From: Candidatus Latescibacterota bacterium
GTDB lineage: Bacteria > Latescibacterota > CBDEFO01
NCBI GenBank assembly: GCA_965248755.1
Contig: OZ252149.1
Span: 768,001 to 832,000 of the forward strand
Length of the DNA: 64,000 nucleotides
Direction: 5' to 3'
Under the pieces are notes generated by a model. It did no database searches and was not told the DNA's origin. It saw only the letters and a list, made by a program, of their open reading frames with translations. Positions 47,345 through 56,675 of the stretch are shown piece by piece. Position numbers and translations under genes: made by a program. Numbering within the stretch: the stretch's first letter is position 1; each line of letters begins with the position of its first letter.

Positions 47345-49433
47345 CGGGTATTCCTATCTGGCCGGATATTCCTACTGTGCCTATGGATTCTAATTCGACG
47401 TCCTGTGGAATTTCGCTGTAGCTTATGACCGTCAGATGGGGGAACGCAGCTTCAACTAATTGTCTGAAATGGTATCTTACCGTCGGCGAGCAGACTACAA
47501 CGGGCTGTCTTCCCACAGCTGTTATCTCTTCTATTCTCCTTGCAAGATCAGCATAAATCTCCCTCACTACCTCGGGCGGGAGGCTAAAAGAGCTCTTTGT
47601 GGCATCAGCTTCTCTTATCCCGTCAGCTATGATCTGTTCCACCTGCTGGCTCAGAATAATGGATACTATCTTCCCCTCCTCGTCCTGGAGTTGACCTGAG
47701 ATGGTATGAGAGAGTGTGTTTCTGACGTATTCGGTCAAGATAGCTATATCTTTGGTCATAGGGGCGTAGTCGGCAAGGGTCTCCAGGATAGCGACCAGGT
47801 CTCTTATGGGTACGCCTTCTCTTAAGAGATTCAGAAGGACTTTGTGTATAGATCCGACTGTAGAGACATCAGGTATAAGCTCCTCCACGACCGTGGGATA
47901 TTCTTCCTTTACGTTTTCTATTAACTTTTGGACATCGTGTCTTGTAAGTATCTTGTGCGCTCTGTTTTTTAGGACCTCCATAAGGTGAGCAGCAAGCACC
48001 GCGGGCGCCTCTACAACCGTGTATCCGGCGATTTCCGCTCTTTCCTTTTGGGCCGCTGTGATCCAAAGAGCAGGCGTCCCAAAGGCGGGCTCTGTTGTCT
48101 CTATTCCTTCTATCTCTTCCTCAGCTGTTCCGGGGTTCATAGCCAAATAGTTACCCCTCATAATCTCGCTCCTTGCAACATCTATGCCTCGTAGCTTTAT
48201 GACATATTCGTTGGATTTGAGTTGTATATTGTCTCTGATCCTTATGGGAGGAACGATTATGCCTAATTGGAGGGCGACCTGTTTTCTTATTATTGTTATC
48301 CGGTCCAAGAGGTCCCCGCCCTGTGAGGCGTCCACTAACTTTATGAGTCCATAGCCTATCTCTAATTCTACGGGATCGACTTTTAAATATTCCTCTATTC
48401 TTTCCTCTTCTTTTGGGACCTCTTCAGCGGCTTCAAGTTCTTCCATCTCCAGGGCCATTGGACTGACTTTAGTCGACATGTAAGCTATAGCCCCAGTTAC
48501 TGCCGAAAGGAAGAAGAAGGGAACGGTGGGAAGACCGGGCGTCACCCCTAGCATAAAAAGGACGCTGGAGGCTATATATATGGCTTTCGGCTGGAGAAGT
48601 ATCTGTCTGGTGACGTCCTGTCCCAGATTAGATTCGGAGGCGGCACGGGTGACTATGATTCCGGCTGCTGTAGATATTATAATGGCCGGTATCTGGGCCA
48701 CAAGCCCGTCGCCTACTGTTAGAATGCTGTAGGTCTGTGCAGCCTGTCCAAAACTCATTCCCATCTGTACTACACCGATTATGAGTCCTCCGATGATGTT
48801 TATGATGGTTATTATAAGTCCGGCTATCGCATCTCCCCTGACGAACTTGCTGGCTCCGTCCATAGCTCCGTAAAAGTCGGCCTCTCTTGCTATCTTTTCT
48901 CTTCTATCCCTTGCCTGGACATCGTCGATAAGCCCGGCGTTCAGGTCTGCATCTATACTCATCTGCTTGCCGGGCATAGCATCCAGCGTGAACCGTGCGG
49001 CAACCTCGGCTATCCTGCTTGAACCTTTTGTTATGACCACAAATTGAATTATGACCAGGATCAGAAATATGACAAATCCGACTACGTAGTTACCCCCAAC
49101 CACGAACGTCCCGAAAGATGAGATAACGTCGCCAGCGTAGGACTCTCCTAAGATAAGCCTGGTGGAGGCGATATTTAAGGAGAGCCTGAACAGAGTCACC
49201 AGAAGGAGTAGTCCAGGGAAAACGGAGAATTGCAGCGGTTCTGTGGTGTAAACTGCGACCATCAGTATGATCAGGGCGAACGTGATATTTAAGGCTAAAA
49301 GCACATCCAGTATGGGCGTGGGGAGAGGGACAATTATTATGGCCAGTATGGCTATGACGCCGGCTGCCAAAAATACGTCGCTGTGCTTGGTGATCGCACT
49401 CAATGAGAGGTTTGTACCTGAAGTTAGTGCCAT
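47334..49433 (-). CDS. flhA: Flagellar export protein FlhA
   Basis: EVAARFTLDAMPGKQMSIDADL, FYGAMDGASKFVRGD. Confidence 0.98.
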   Translation of the reverse strand: MALTSGTNLSLSAITKHSDVFLAAGVIAILAIIIVPLPTPILDVLLALNITFALIILMVAVYTTEPLQFSVFPGLLLLVTLFRLSLNIASTRLILGESYAGDVISSFGTFVVGGNYVVGFVIFLILVIIQFVVITKGSSRIAEVAARFTLDAMPGKQMSIDADLNAGLIDDVQARDRREKIAREADFYGAMDGASKFVRGDAIAGLIITIINIIGGLIIGVVQMGMSFGQAAQTYSILTVGDGLVAQIPAIIISTAAGIIVTRAASESNLGQDVTRQILLQPKAIYIASSVLFMLGVTPGLPTVPFFFLSAVTGAIAYMSTKVSPMALEMEELEAAEEVPKEEERIEEYLKVDPVELEIGYGLIKLVDASQGGDLLDRITIIRKQVALQLGIIVPPIRIRDNIQLKSNEYVIKLRGIDVARSEIMRGNYLAMNPGTAEEEIEGIETTEPAFGTPALWITAAQKERAEIAGYTVVEAPAVLAAHLMEVLKNRAHKILTRHDVQKLIENVKEEYPTVVEELIPDVSTVGSIHKVLLNLLREGVPIRDLVAILETLADYAPMTKDIAILTEYVRNTLSHTISGQLQDEEGKIVSIILSQQVEQIIADGIREADATKSSFSLPPEVVREIYADLARRIEEITAVGRQPVVVCSPTVRYHFRQLVEAAFPHLTVISYSEIPQDVELESIGTVGISGQIGIPDES

Positions 49434-49479
49434 TTTACTTTCTTTATCGTTGATTTAGGTGGTTAATCCAGAACTTTTA

Positions 49480-50547
49480 TCAGACTACTACACCCTTAAG
49501 TCTGTATATGTAGGCCAGGACCCCGGCTACTGCCCTGTAGAGATCTTCGGGTATCTGCATCCCGACTTCGGTAGAGTCGTAAAGTGCTCTGGCCAGAGGT
49601 TTATCCTCTACTATGGGGATTCCGTGTTCGTCAGCTATATCCTTGATCTTCTGGGCTATTAGTCTCTGTCCTTTGGCGATGACAGTAGGCGCCGCCATGG
49701 TCTCTTGGGCGTACTTGAGCGCGACGGCTATGTGAGTTGGATTTGTGATGACAAGGTCCGAATCTGGGATCTGCTCCATCATCCTTTTCTGCGCCATCTC
49801 CCTTTGGATGCTCTTGACTCTGGCTTTGATTTCGGGGTCGCCTTCGTATTGCTTGCGCTCCTCTTTTGTCTCCTGTTTGGTCATCATCAGCTGCTTGTCG
49901 TACTGCCATTTGGTGTAGGCGTAGTCAAGAATGGCTAATATTATAAGAGCGACCGCACACCTTATGGCGATTTTAAACGACGATTTGAGAATAAATGTTA
50001 ATATCTGTCCGACATCCATGTCAATAAGATAAATGGTATCCTTCATATCAGAACTCAAAGCGGTGTAAGCTACGATTGCGACGATAGATATCTTGAGGAG
50101 TCCTTTGACAAGCTCTACGAGGGATTGTTTAGATACCAGTTTCTTTATCCCAGAAAAAGGGTTGATCTTGTTCCCCTTGGGCTTGATAGTCTCCAACGTG
50201 AAGAGAACGCCGATCTGCATATAGTTGGATGCAAGCCCGACAGCCATAATCGCCAAAGCGACAGGCCCCACGGCCCTTGCGATGAATCCCAGTACAAACG
50301 GGAACAGATTGTTGACATTCTGATGTGTCAAATTGATGCTGTGCATATTCACGAAGGCAAAGTTAGCAAGTGTCTCTATATTGCTGAAGATGGCCTCTCC
50401 TGCAAAATGAAGGGCTATTATTCCGGTCAAAAGGACCAAACTGCTATTAAGATCGGTACTCTTGGCTACGTTTCCCTTTTCTCTTGCCTCCCCCTTTTTT
50501 TTGGGAGTAGCCTGTTCTGTTTTTTCCTGTACTGGGTCTTCTGGCAC
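49480..50547 (-). CDS. flhB: Flagellar export protein FlhB
   Basis: KTEQAT, EGDP, NPTH autocleavage motif. Confidence 0.97.
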   Translation of the reverse strand: MPEDPVQEKTEQATPKKKGEAREKGNVAKSTDLNSSLVLLTGIIALHFAGEAIFSNIETLANFAFVNMHSINLTHQNVNNLFPFVLGFIARAVGPVALAIMAVGLASNYMQIGVLFTLETIKPKGNKINPFSGIKKLVSKQSLVELVKGLLKISIVAIVAYTALSSDMKDTIYLIDMDVGQILTFILKSSFKIAIRCAVALIILAILDYAYTKWQYDKQLMMTKQETKEERKQYEGDPEIKARVKSIQREMAQKRMMEQIPDSDLVITNPTHIAVALKYAQETMAAPTVIAKGQRLIAQKIKDIADEHGIPIVEDKPLARALYDSTEVGMQIPEDLYRAVAGVLAYIYRLKGVVV

Positions 50548-50682
50548 TGTCTTTGTCCTTATTAAACTTAAACTGCTATCTTAAGACTTCAGTTTTCCCC
50601 AAAAGGTTCTTTGCCCACTTTTCAGCTTGCCGTCACCCCAGCAGCCACACGGCCCTTGGGGGCATCCCTTTCCAAAATAGTG

Positions 50683-51462
50683 TTACAGGAGCTTGAGTAT
50701 CTGTGTGATGTCTCCTTCTGCTCTTATCCAGAACTTATGGAACATATGGACGAAGAACGACAGAGAAAATCCTATAGCTAAGAGCCCGACTCCTATCTTT
50801 AGAGGAAATCCGACGATGAATACGTTCATCGAGGGAAATGACCTTGCGACAACTGCCATAGCGATCTGAACCATAAAAAGGGCCGCTATGACCGGGGCTC
50901 CGATCTTGATAGCTATTACGAAGACCTGCGCCGACATTCTGATTAACTTGTCGGCGAAGGCTCCAGAAAGTGACAAAGTGGACACAGGGATCGTCACAAA
51001 ACTTGCTCCTATAGCATCTATAAGGAAGTGGTGTCCATCTATTATCAGGAATATCAAGATAGCAAACAGGGCTTTGAGCTCTGCTATAATGGAGATCTGA
51101 GACCCCGATTGGGGATCAATAACGTTGACTATTCCAAAGCCCATCTGCATCCCTATAATCCCTCCTGCGATCTGCACTGCTGAGAAAAGGAGGGTGGTGG
51201 CAAATCCAATAATAACTCCTATGACTGCTTCTTTGGATATCATAATCATAAGTGACATAATGTCGGTGGCTTGTGGAACTTGGGAGCTGTAGGCCACGGG
51301 AAAGATAATCAGGCTCAAAAGAGCTGCAAGTCCGATTTTAACTTTAGCTGGGACGCTGTTGTGTCCCAGGATAGGAACCAAGCCTACGATAGCTAGTATC
51401 CTTATAAATATTAGTATGAACTGTTCAAACTGCGGTAGAGTGATGTTCATCGGCTGGGCCAT
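50683..51462 (-). CDS. fliR: Flagellar export protein FliR
   Basis: QMGFG, DGHH, PSMNVFIVGFPLK. Confidence 0.95.
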   Translation of the reverse strand: MAQPMNITLPQFEQFILIFIRILAIVGLVPILGHNSVPAKVKIGLAALLSLIIFPVAYSSQVPQATDIMSLMIMISKEAVIGVIIGFATTLLFSAVQIAGGIIGMQMGFGIVNVIDPQSGSQISIIAELKALFAILIFLIIDGHHFLIDAIGASFVTIPVSTLSLSGAFADKLIRMSAQVFVIAIKIGAPVIAALFMVQIAMAVVARSFPSMNVFIVGFPLKIGVGLLAIGFSLSFFVHMFHKFWIRAEGDITQILKLL

Positions 51463-51540
51463 AGTATCTAAATACAGTAGACAACGGGACAGCAGTTATC
51501 AGAAAAGTCAGCGCCACCCACGCTTGTATGCTTTCTACTT

Positions 51541-51801
51541 TCATTTGGGGAGAATAGAAAAGATCAATCTGGTGAAATCCGTTAGTTTAGTAAGCATCCA
51601 CGGCATAAATAGGACCAGCGTTATAAGTACCGCCAGGATCTTCGGTATAAACGTTAGCGTCATTTCGTGTATCTGTGTTACTGCCTGAAAGATGCCCACA
51701 GTCAGGCCAACAATAAGTCCCGCCAAAAGAGCTGGAGCAGCTACCATCAAAGCTGTAAAGACAGCTTCTTTTCCGATGTGTATGACAAACTGTTCAGTCA
51801 T
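51541..51801 (-). CDS. fliQ: Flagellar export protein FliQ
   Basis: FQAVTQIHEMTLTFIPK. Confidence 0.97.
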   Translation of the reverse strand: MTEQFVIHIGKEAVFTALMVAAPALLAGLIVGLTVGIFQAVTQIHEMTLTFIPKILAVLITLVLFMPWMLTKLTDFTRLIFSILPK

Positions 51802-51847
51802 TGTCCTGTTTTATTGAAAAAGAGGGAAAGTAGTGACCATTTGGCGT

Positions 51848-52624
51848 TTACCTGAACCCGCCCATAAGCGAATCGATAAGGAGATACCATCCGTCCACAA
51901 GCACGAACATGAGTATTTTAAAGGGTAGAGAGATCATTATGGGGGGAAGCATAAGCATTCCCATAGACATCAATAAGCTTGCGACTATCATGTCCAAAAC
52001 TATGAAGGGCAGATAGAGCAAGAAACCTATCTGAAAGGAGATCCTGAGTTCACTTATGACAAACGCAGGTATAATAATTCTGGCGGGGATCTCATCGCTG
52101 TTTTTCGGCTTTTCCATCTTGGCCAGGTGCACAAAAAGAGCAAGGTCCTTTTCCCTTGTATGTTTCAACATGAAGTTTCTGATAGGGCCCATTCCCACCG
52201 CCATAGCTTCGCTTTGAGATATTTCTTCGTTCAGATAGGGCTGAAGCGCCTCTGTGTTAACCTGGTCCCATACAGGAGCCATTATGAACAGAGTCAAAAA
52301 GAGTGCAATTCCAATAAGTAGTTGATTAGGTGGCATCTGCTGCGTGCCCATGGCGTGTCTTAAGAATGAGAAGACTACTATAATCCTGGTAAATGCAGTC
52401 ATCATAATGAGTATGGAGGGAGCAAGCGATAGGATCGTCAAAAGAAATATTATCTGAAGCGATACCGAGATATTAGCGGGCGCTGTGGCCTTGTCGATGT
52501 CAAAAGGGAACCCTTGAGCGCTAGAGATTGCAGGCCACATAGCGGACAATGTCAGCCAAGTCAATACAAATAGACTCAAGAGTCCTATGAACTTGAATCT
52601 TGTATGAGCCTTAGTATCTTTCAT
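51848..52624 (-). CDS. fliP: Flagellar export protein FliP
   Basis: FTRIIVV, GTQQMPPNQ, PAFVISEL, LPFKILMFVLVDGW. Confidence 0.96.
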   Translation of the reverse strand: MKDTKAHTRFKFIGLLSLFVLTWLTLSAMWPAISSAQGFPFDIDKATAPANISVSLQIIFLLTILSLAPSILIMMTAFTRIIVVFSFLRHAMGTQQMPPNQLLIGIALFLTLFIMAPVWDQVNTEALQPYLNEEISQSEAMAVGMGPIRNFMLKHTREKDLALFVHLAKMEKPKNSDEIPARIIIPAFVISELRISFQIGFLLYLPFIVLDMIVASLLMSMGMLMLPPIMISLPFKILMFVLVDGWYLLIDSLMGGFR

Positions 52625-52658
52625 TAATCTTGATTTCCTTATAGATGCAAAAGTATAT

Positions 52659-53711
52659 TCAAAGACTACCAAGAGAATTTTCCAGCTTATTTGATGAACT
52701 TACAAGGCTCGTAATCCTCACGCCGAAGTTTTCATCTACAATTACGACCTCCCCTTCTGCAAATTTCCTATCGTTCACCAGCAGGTCTACCGGTTCACCG
52801 GCAAGTTTATCCAGTTCTACCACATAGCCTGTTCCCAGCGTAAGAAATTCTCTGACGAGCATCCTCTTCCTGCCGAGTTCTATCGATACTGTAAGAGGCA
52901 GATCTATGATGACATCTATATTCGCGTCGTCACCTGAAACAGCGTCGGGAGCAAGTTGTTCAAATTGAGCTCTTCTGACTACTACAGGCTCTGTCTCTTT
53001 TTCTTCTTTTGTGACCGGTGCATCTTGTTGCTCTTTCCTTACATCGGCCATCTCCTCATCAGGCAGTTGGACGGTAGCTTCATCCATCTTCAAATCGATG
53101 GTCTCTTCATCGGTCGGTTGGACAGCGGCTTCATCCGTCTGGCTTGGGTTCCAACCTTCTAGTAGGCCGTAGCAGCCTTCCTTGCTGATCAACTTTATCA
53201 CAAAGTCATTGGGCGTATCTTTGATTTTGAGGGAAAGATCGATGGATACAAAGTCGGATATCTCTATTCCAAGATTCTCCGAATCTACAAGTTTTGCCTG
53301 GGACGGGAGGAACTCTATTTTTTCCTTTAACTGGCTGGAGATGCCTGTGGATGCGGCTCCCATTATCTGATCTGTTGCCTCCTGAATAGGGCCAAGATGT
53401 TCTTCGGAAAATTCAGCGCTTCCATCTCCCGACGTCATAAAACCAGCGATCTTAGCGGTGGTATCCTTCTGTAAGAGGAACACGATCTTTCCCTCCGTCC
53501 CACCCTTAAAATCGAGTCCCACCACCACACACCCATCGGCGTAGTCCACCTCTATCTCGGCGGGACTTGCCTGGCCTATCTTTTCTATAGTTATCTTGGC
53601 TTCTCTGGACGAGAGCGTCGACAGAGCCTCAGCGGCGTACTCTGAAAAGACCTTTTCGATATCAAATAGATCGTCTTTTTGGCTGTCATTCAACAGTTCT
53701 TCGTCGGCCAT
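52659..53711 (-). CDS. fliN: Motor switch protein FliY-like (CheC-like domain + FliN)
   Basis: C-terminal IELG..LDKLAGEPVD..GEVVIVDENFGVRIT; N-terminal CheC-like helices. Confidence 0.88.
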   Translation of the reverse strand: MADEELLNDSQKDDLFDIEKVFSEYAAEALSTLSSREAKITIEKIGQASPAEIEVDYADGCVVVGLDFKGGTEGKIVFLLQKDTTAKIAGFMTSGDGSAEFSEEHLGPIQEATDQIMGAASTGISSQLKEKIEFLPSQAKLVDSENLGIEISDFVSIDLSLKIKDTPNDFVIKLISKEGCYGLLEGWNPSQTDEAAVQPTDEETIDLKMDEATVQLPDEEMADVRKEQQDAPVTKEEKETEPVVVRRAQFEQLAPDAVSGDDANIDVIIDLPLTVSIELGRKRMLVREFLTLGTGYVVELDKLAGEPVDLLVNDRKFAEGEVVIVDENFGVRITSLVSSSNKLENSLGSL

Positions 53712-53715
53712 TGTT

Positions 53716-54705
53716 CTACCTTTCCTCCGTGTCTTCTGATACTACTTTTGTAATCTTAACTGCTTTTTTCTTACCTACCAGCCCGGGATGTCCGCGGAAT
53801 TTCACCTGGTTGTCGATGGATACCTGTACTTCATCATTTACCCCCTGGTCGAGACGTACAACGTCGCCTATTTGGAGCTGTGAGATATTCTTTAGGGTCA
53901 TCTCTACGTCACCCAGTGATGCAACTACAGGGACTTTGGTCCTCATTAAGTTTTCTTCTACTAACTCTGAATCCCTTTTAGAATCCTTTTTCCTTTCTGT
54001 TACAGACATATGTTGAGCTCCGAGCGTAGGCATTATGTCCTCTACCAGGTATAATGGAATGCATACATTGAGGAAACTAGAAAAATTTCGCGTTTTGATC
54101 TCGAATGGAACTAATAAACAGGTTTCGCCCGGCGGAGCGATCTGAGCGAAATGGGGATTGGTCTCAAAGGTCCTAAATTCAAACTCGAAGTCAATCACAT
54201 TCTCCCAGGCTTTGGATAATTCCTCCATAGTTCTATCAGCGGTTCTTCTTAATACATTTCTCTCTATATCCGTGATTTCCCTTGCTTCTACCCCAACATC
54301 TCCGCTTCCCCCAAAGAGTCTGTCCACGACATAGAGAGCAAACTGAGGGCTGATTTCAAGCATAACATCCCCACCCAAATGTCTGGCGTTGTAGATGTAG
54401 ATGCAAGTGGGATCGGACATCGAGTTGCTAAAATCCGCAAACGGAAGCATATCCGCAGAGGTAATATTGACCTCTACGAAAACCCTTAGGCTGGAGGAAA
54501 GAAAGGTCTGCAAGGTCCCTGCAAAGCTCTTGTGTATTGCATCGAACGCCCGAATCTGTTCTTTGATCTTGCCGAATATCTGGGGATTCCTGAAGTCGTA
54601 CAGACTTGCTCTTTCTGTGAGCAAATCAGATTCGCCCTCGGCCACATCCGTGGGGGACATGGATTTCAAAAGAGCGTCCATATCGTTCTGTGATAGTTGG
54701 TCCAA
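53716..54705 (-). CDS. fliM: Motor switch protein FliM
   Basis: LSQNDMDALL, YDFRNP, DRLFGG, ETNP, GDVV; start uncertain (TTG 54705 or GTG 54738). Confidence 0.92.
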   Translation of the reverse strand: MDQLSQNDMDALLKSMSPTDVAEGESDLLTERASLYDFRNPQIFGKIKEQIRAFDAIHKSFAGTLQTFLSSSLRVFVEVNITSADMLPFADFSNSMSDPTCIYIYNARHLGGDVMLEISPQFALYVVDRLFGGSGDVGVEAREITDIERNVLRRTADRTMEELSKAWENVIDFEFEFRTFETNPHFAQIAPPGETCLLVPFEIKTRNFSSFLNVCIPLYLVEDIMPTLGAQHMSVTERKKDSKRDSELVEENLMRTKVPVVASLGDVEMTLKNISQLQIGDVVRLDQGVNDEVQVSIDNQVKFRGHPGLVGKKKAVKITKVVSEDTEER

Positions 54706-54754
54706 GTTTGCCGTCCTTTTTCCAAGAAAACTCTTCACACACTTTGTGGTAAGC

Positions 54755-54775
54755 CCCCGATTGAATCTATCGGGG
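54755..54775. repeat. 21-nt palindromic dispersed repeat, consensus copy
   Basis: CCCCGATTGAATCTATCGGGG, identical to 6659-6679. Confidence 0.9.
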
Positions 54776-54825
54776 GCTTGCTGCCACCAAAAGAAGGAGC
54801 CAGGCCACCGTTTTGGGCCCTGATC

Positions 54826-55296
54826 CTACTGGATCACAAATTTGCTAAAGTGTACTTTCTTAAGATCGCCTTTGGTAATCTTCTGGTTTACTTTAGTGAG
54901 CACTTCTTCCCTCAATTCTTCTTTATTACGAGTTCCCTCCAATTTATCCAGTGTCCTGCTGGAAAATATATCTATGAGGGTATCTTTCAATTCCATGTCT
55001 CTCTTCTTGAGCAGCTCTAAAGTACCTACCCTTCCCACTTCTAACCCGATAGTCACGGCAAGGTATCTTGTGCCCAAGGTTCCTGCGGGGTTAACTATTA
55101 CATCTTCGACGAGATATATTTCTCCGCTCCCTTCTTCAGTATCCTCATATTCTTCAGTTTCCTCAGTCTTGACAGAAGCCTCGCTGGGATCCTTCTCAGC
55201 CAAAAGTGCGGGAATTATGAAATAGGTGATAAGAAAATATGCTAGACCTATTTGCGCTACAACTATTAAAGCTATCAGGAGGTACTTCTTGCTCAT
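54826..55296 (-). CDS. fliL: Flagellar basal-body protein FliL
   Basis: N-terminal TM; IVNPAG..RYL; FSKFVIQ end. Confidence 0.9.
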   Translation of the reverse strand: MSKKYLLIALIVVAQIGLAYFLITYFIIPALLAEKDPSEASVKTEETEEYEDTEEGSGEIYLVEDVIVNPAGTLGTRYLAVTIGLEVGRVGTLELLKKRDMELKDTLIDIFSSRTLDKLEGTRNKEELREEVLTKVNQKITKGDLKKVHFSKFVIQ

Positions 55297-55371
55297 AATT
55301 CCTCCAAAGATGCCAGAATGTGTTCTGAAGCATCAAAACTCTTCTTCTAGATACAGCCATTCTAGTAGATG

Positions 55372-55387
55372 AGCAAAAAGAATGCCA
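55372..55387 (-). promoter_or_regulatory. Sigma54 -24/-12 promoter upstream of fliL
   Basis: TGGCAT-TCTTT-TTGCT on the minus strand. Confidence 0.75.
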
Positions 55388-55581
55388 CAGAACGAAAATT
55401 CTGGATATGTTGTATATCAGAATAATTATCAATGACTTACATAGGATTATCAATCAGGGAGAATCGGGTGTGTGGTCGTGACACTGTGCGATCTCGGAAA
55501 ACTTTTCCTCTTTACAGGCATACTGTCGAGATCAGTCAGCGTATCTATTGTCGATGTGAAGGAAGGGTAAAATGTTAGTCA

Positions 55582-56376
55582 CTATTCATTGTCTGCGTCC
55601 ATAGCTTGAAGGAATTCTGCAAAGGCGCTGTCAGGTTCTGTGCCGTGTAAGCCGGAGGGAACTATTTCTTCTTCACCTCTATATTTAACGAATATCTCTA
55701 CTCTTCTGTTTGAGCCTCGGCCCTTTGCCGAGTCGTTGGGTTTTATGGGTCTAAACTCGGCGTATCCGGAAGCCGAGAGCTTGGCGGGATCTAATCCTCC
55801 TTCGTCTACAAAGTATCTTATGACGGTGGAGGCTCTGGCGGTGGAGAGTTCCCAGTTAGAGGGGAATTGAGGTGTTTTGATAGGAAGGTCGTCTGTGTGA
55901 CCTTCGACACGAATGCTGGACCCCTCTCCCAGCTTGACTATATGTAGCAGCATAGGGATGATCTTGGGTTTTAAGTCGGCTTTCCCCAGATCGAAGAGGA
56001 CAGGATTGCTTATCCTTATAGCTATCTCATCCCCCTGGGCTTGGATATGAATTGAGTCTTCGAGCTTGTTTTCTTTAATGAACTGCTGCATCTCGTTCAG
56101 GGCAGATACAACGCGCCTTGGCTGAAAGCCGGTCAAGTCAGACTTATAGACTTCAGGATGTGCAATAACTGTAGGATCTGCAGTGAGGATTCCCAGCGCT
56201 CCCTGAAGCGATCCCATGGCTTTCTCAAACTTGACAATTTGGATGGAGGACATAGAGACAATAAGCACGAAGAAGGTCAAAAGGAGCGACATCAAGTCGC
56301 CGTATGTGACCATCCAGCTCGGGGCCCCCCCTCCCTCACTTTCCTCTTCTTTCTTGGCCTTCTTATTTCTTGCCAT
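55582..56376 (-). CDS. motB: Stator B subunit (MotB/PomB)
   Basis: WMVTYGDLMSLLLTFFVL; EGHTD, NWELSTARA, NRRVEI. Confidence 0.95.
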   Translation of the reverse strand: MARNKKAKKEEESEGGGAPSWMVTYGDLMSLLLTFFVLIVSMSSIQIVKFEKAMGSLQGALGILTADPTVIAHPEVYKSDLTGFQPRRVVSALNEMQQFIKENKLEDSIHIQAQGDEIAIRISNPVLFDLGKADLKPKIIPMLLHIVKLGEGSSIRVEGHTDDLPIKTPQFPSNWELSTARASTVIRYFVDEGGLDPAKLSASGYAEFRPIKPNDSAKGRGSNRRVEIFVKYRGEEEIVPSGLHGTEPDSAFAEFLQAMDADNE

Positions 56377-56390
56377 CTTCCTTTCCCTAA

Positions 56391-56640
56391 CCCGATTAAT
56401 TCATAAACTTGATCGAAGTCATTGCGAGGAGCAAAGCGGTCCCTGATTGAGTCTATCGGGGAAGCAATATCAAGGTTTTATAGTGGTCTCCTATGAGAGC
56501 CGGAGAGTATTACATCTACCACAGAATCGAGATTGCTTCGCCTTCGGCTCGCAAGGACACCGAAGGTGGTTAAAAGGCATAACTATAATATAATACAATC
56601 CCTTAATTAATACACGGCCTTTTTTTGTGAATTATTCGGG
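56391..56640. mobile_element. 250-bp non-coding MITE-like element between motA and motB
   Basis: TIRs CCCGATTAATTCAT / GTGAATTATTCGGG (12/14); CTAA direct repeats at 56387-56390 and 56641-56644. Confidence 0.7.
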
Positions 56641-56675
56641 CTAAGACAGTTCTTCGATACTTTTCGGGGTCGCCT

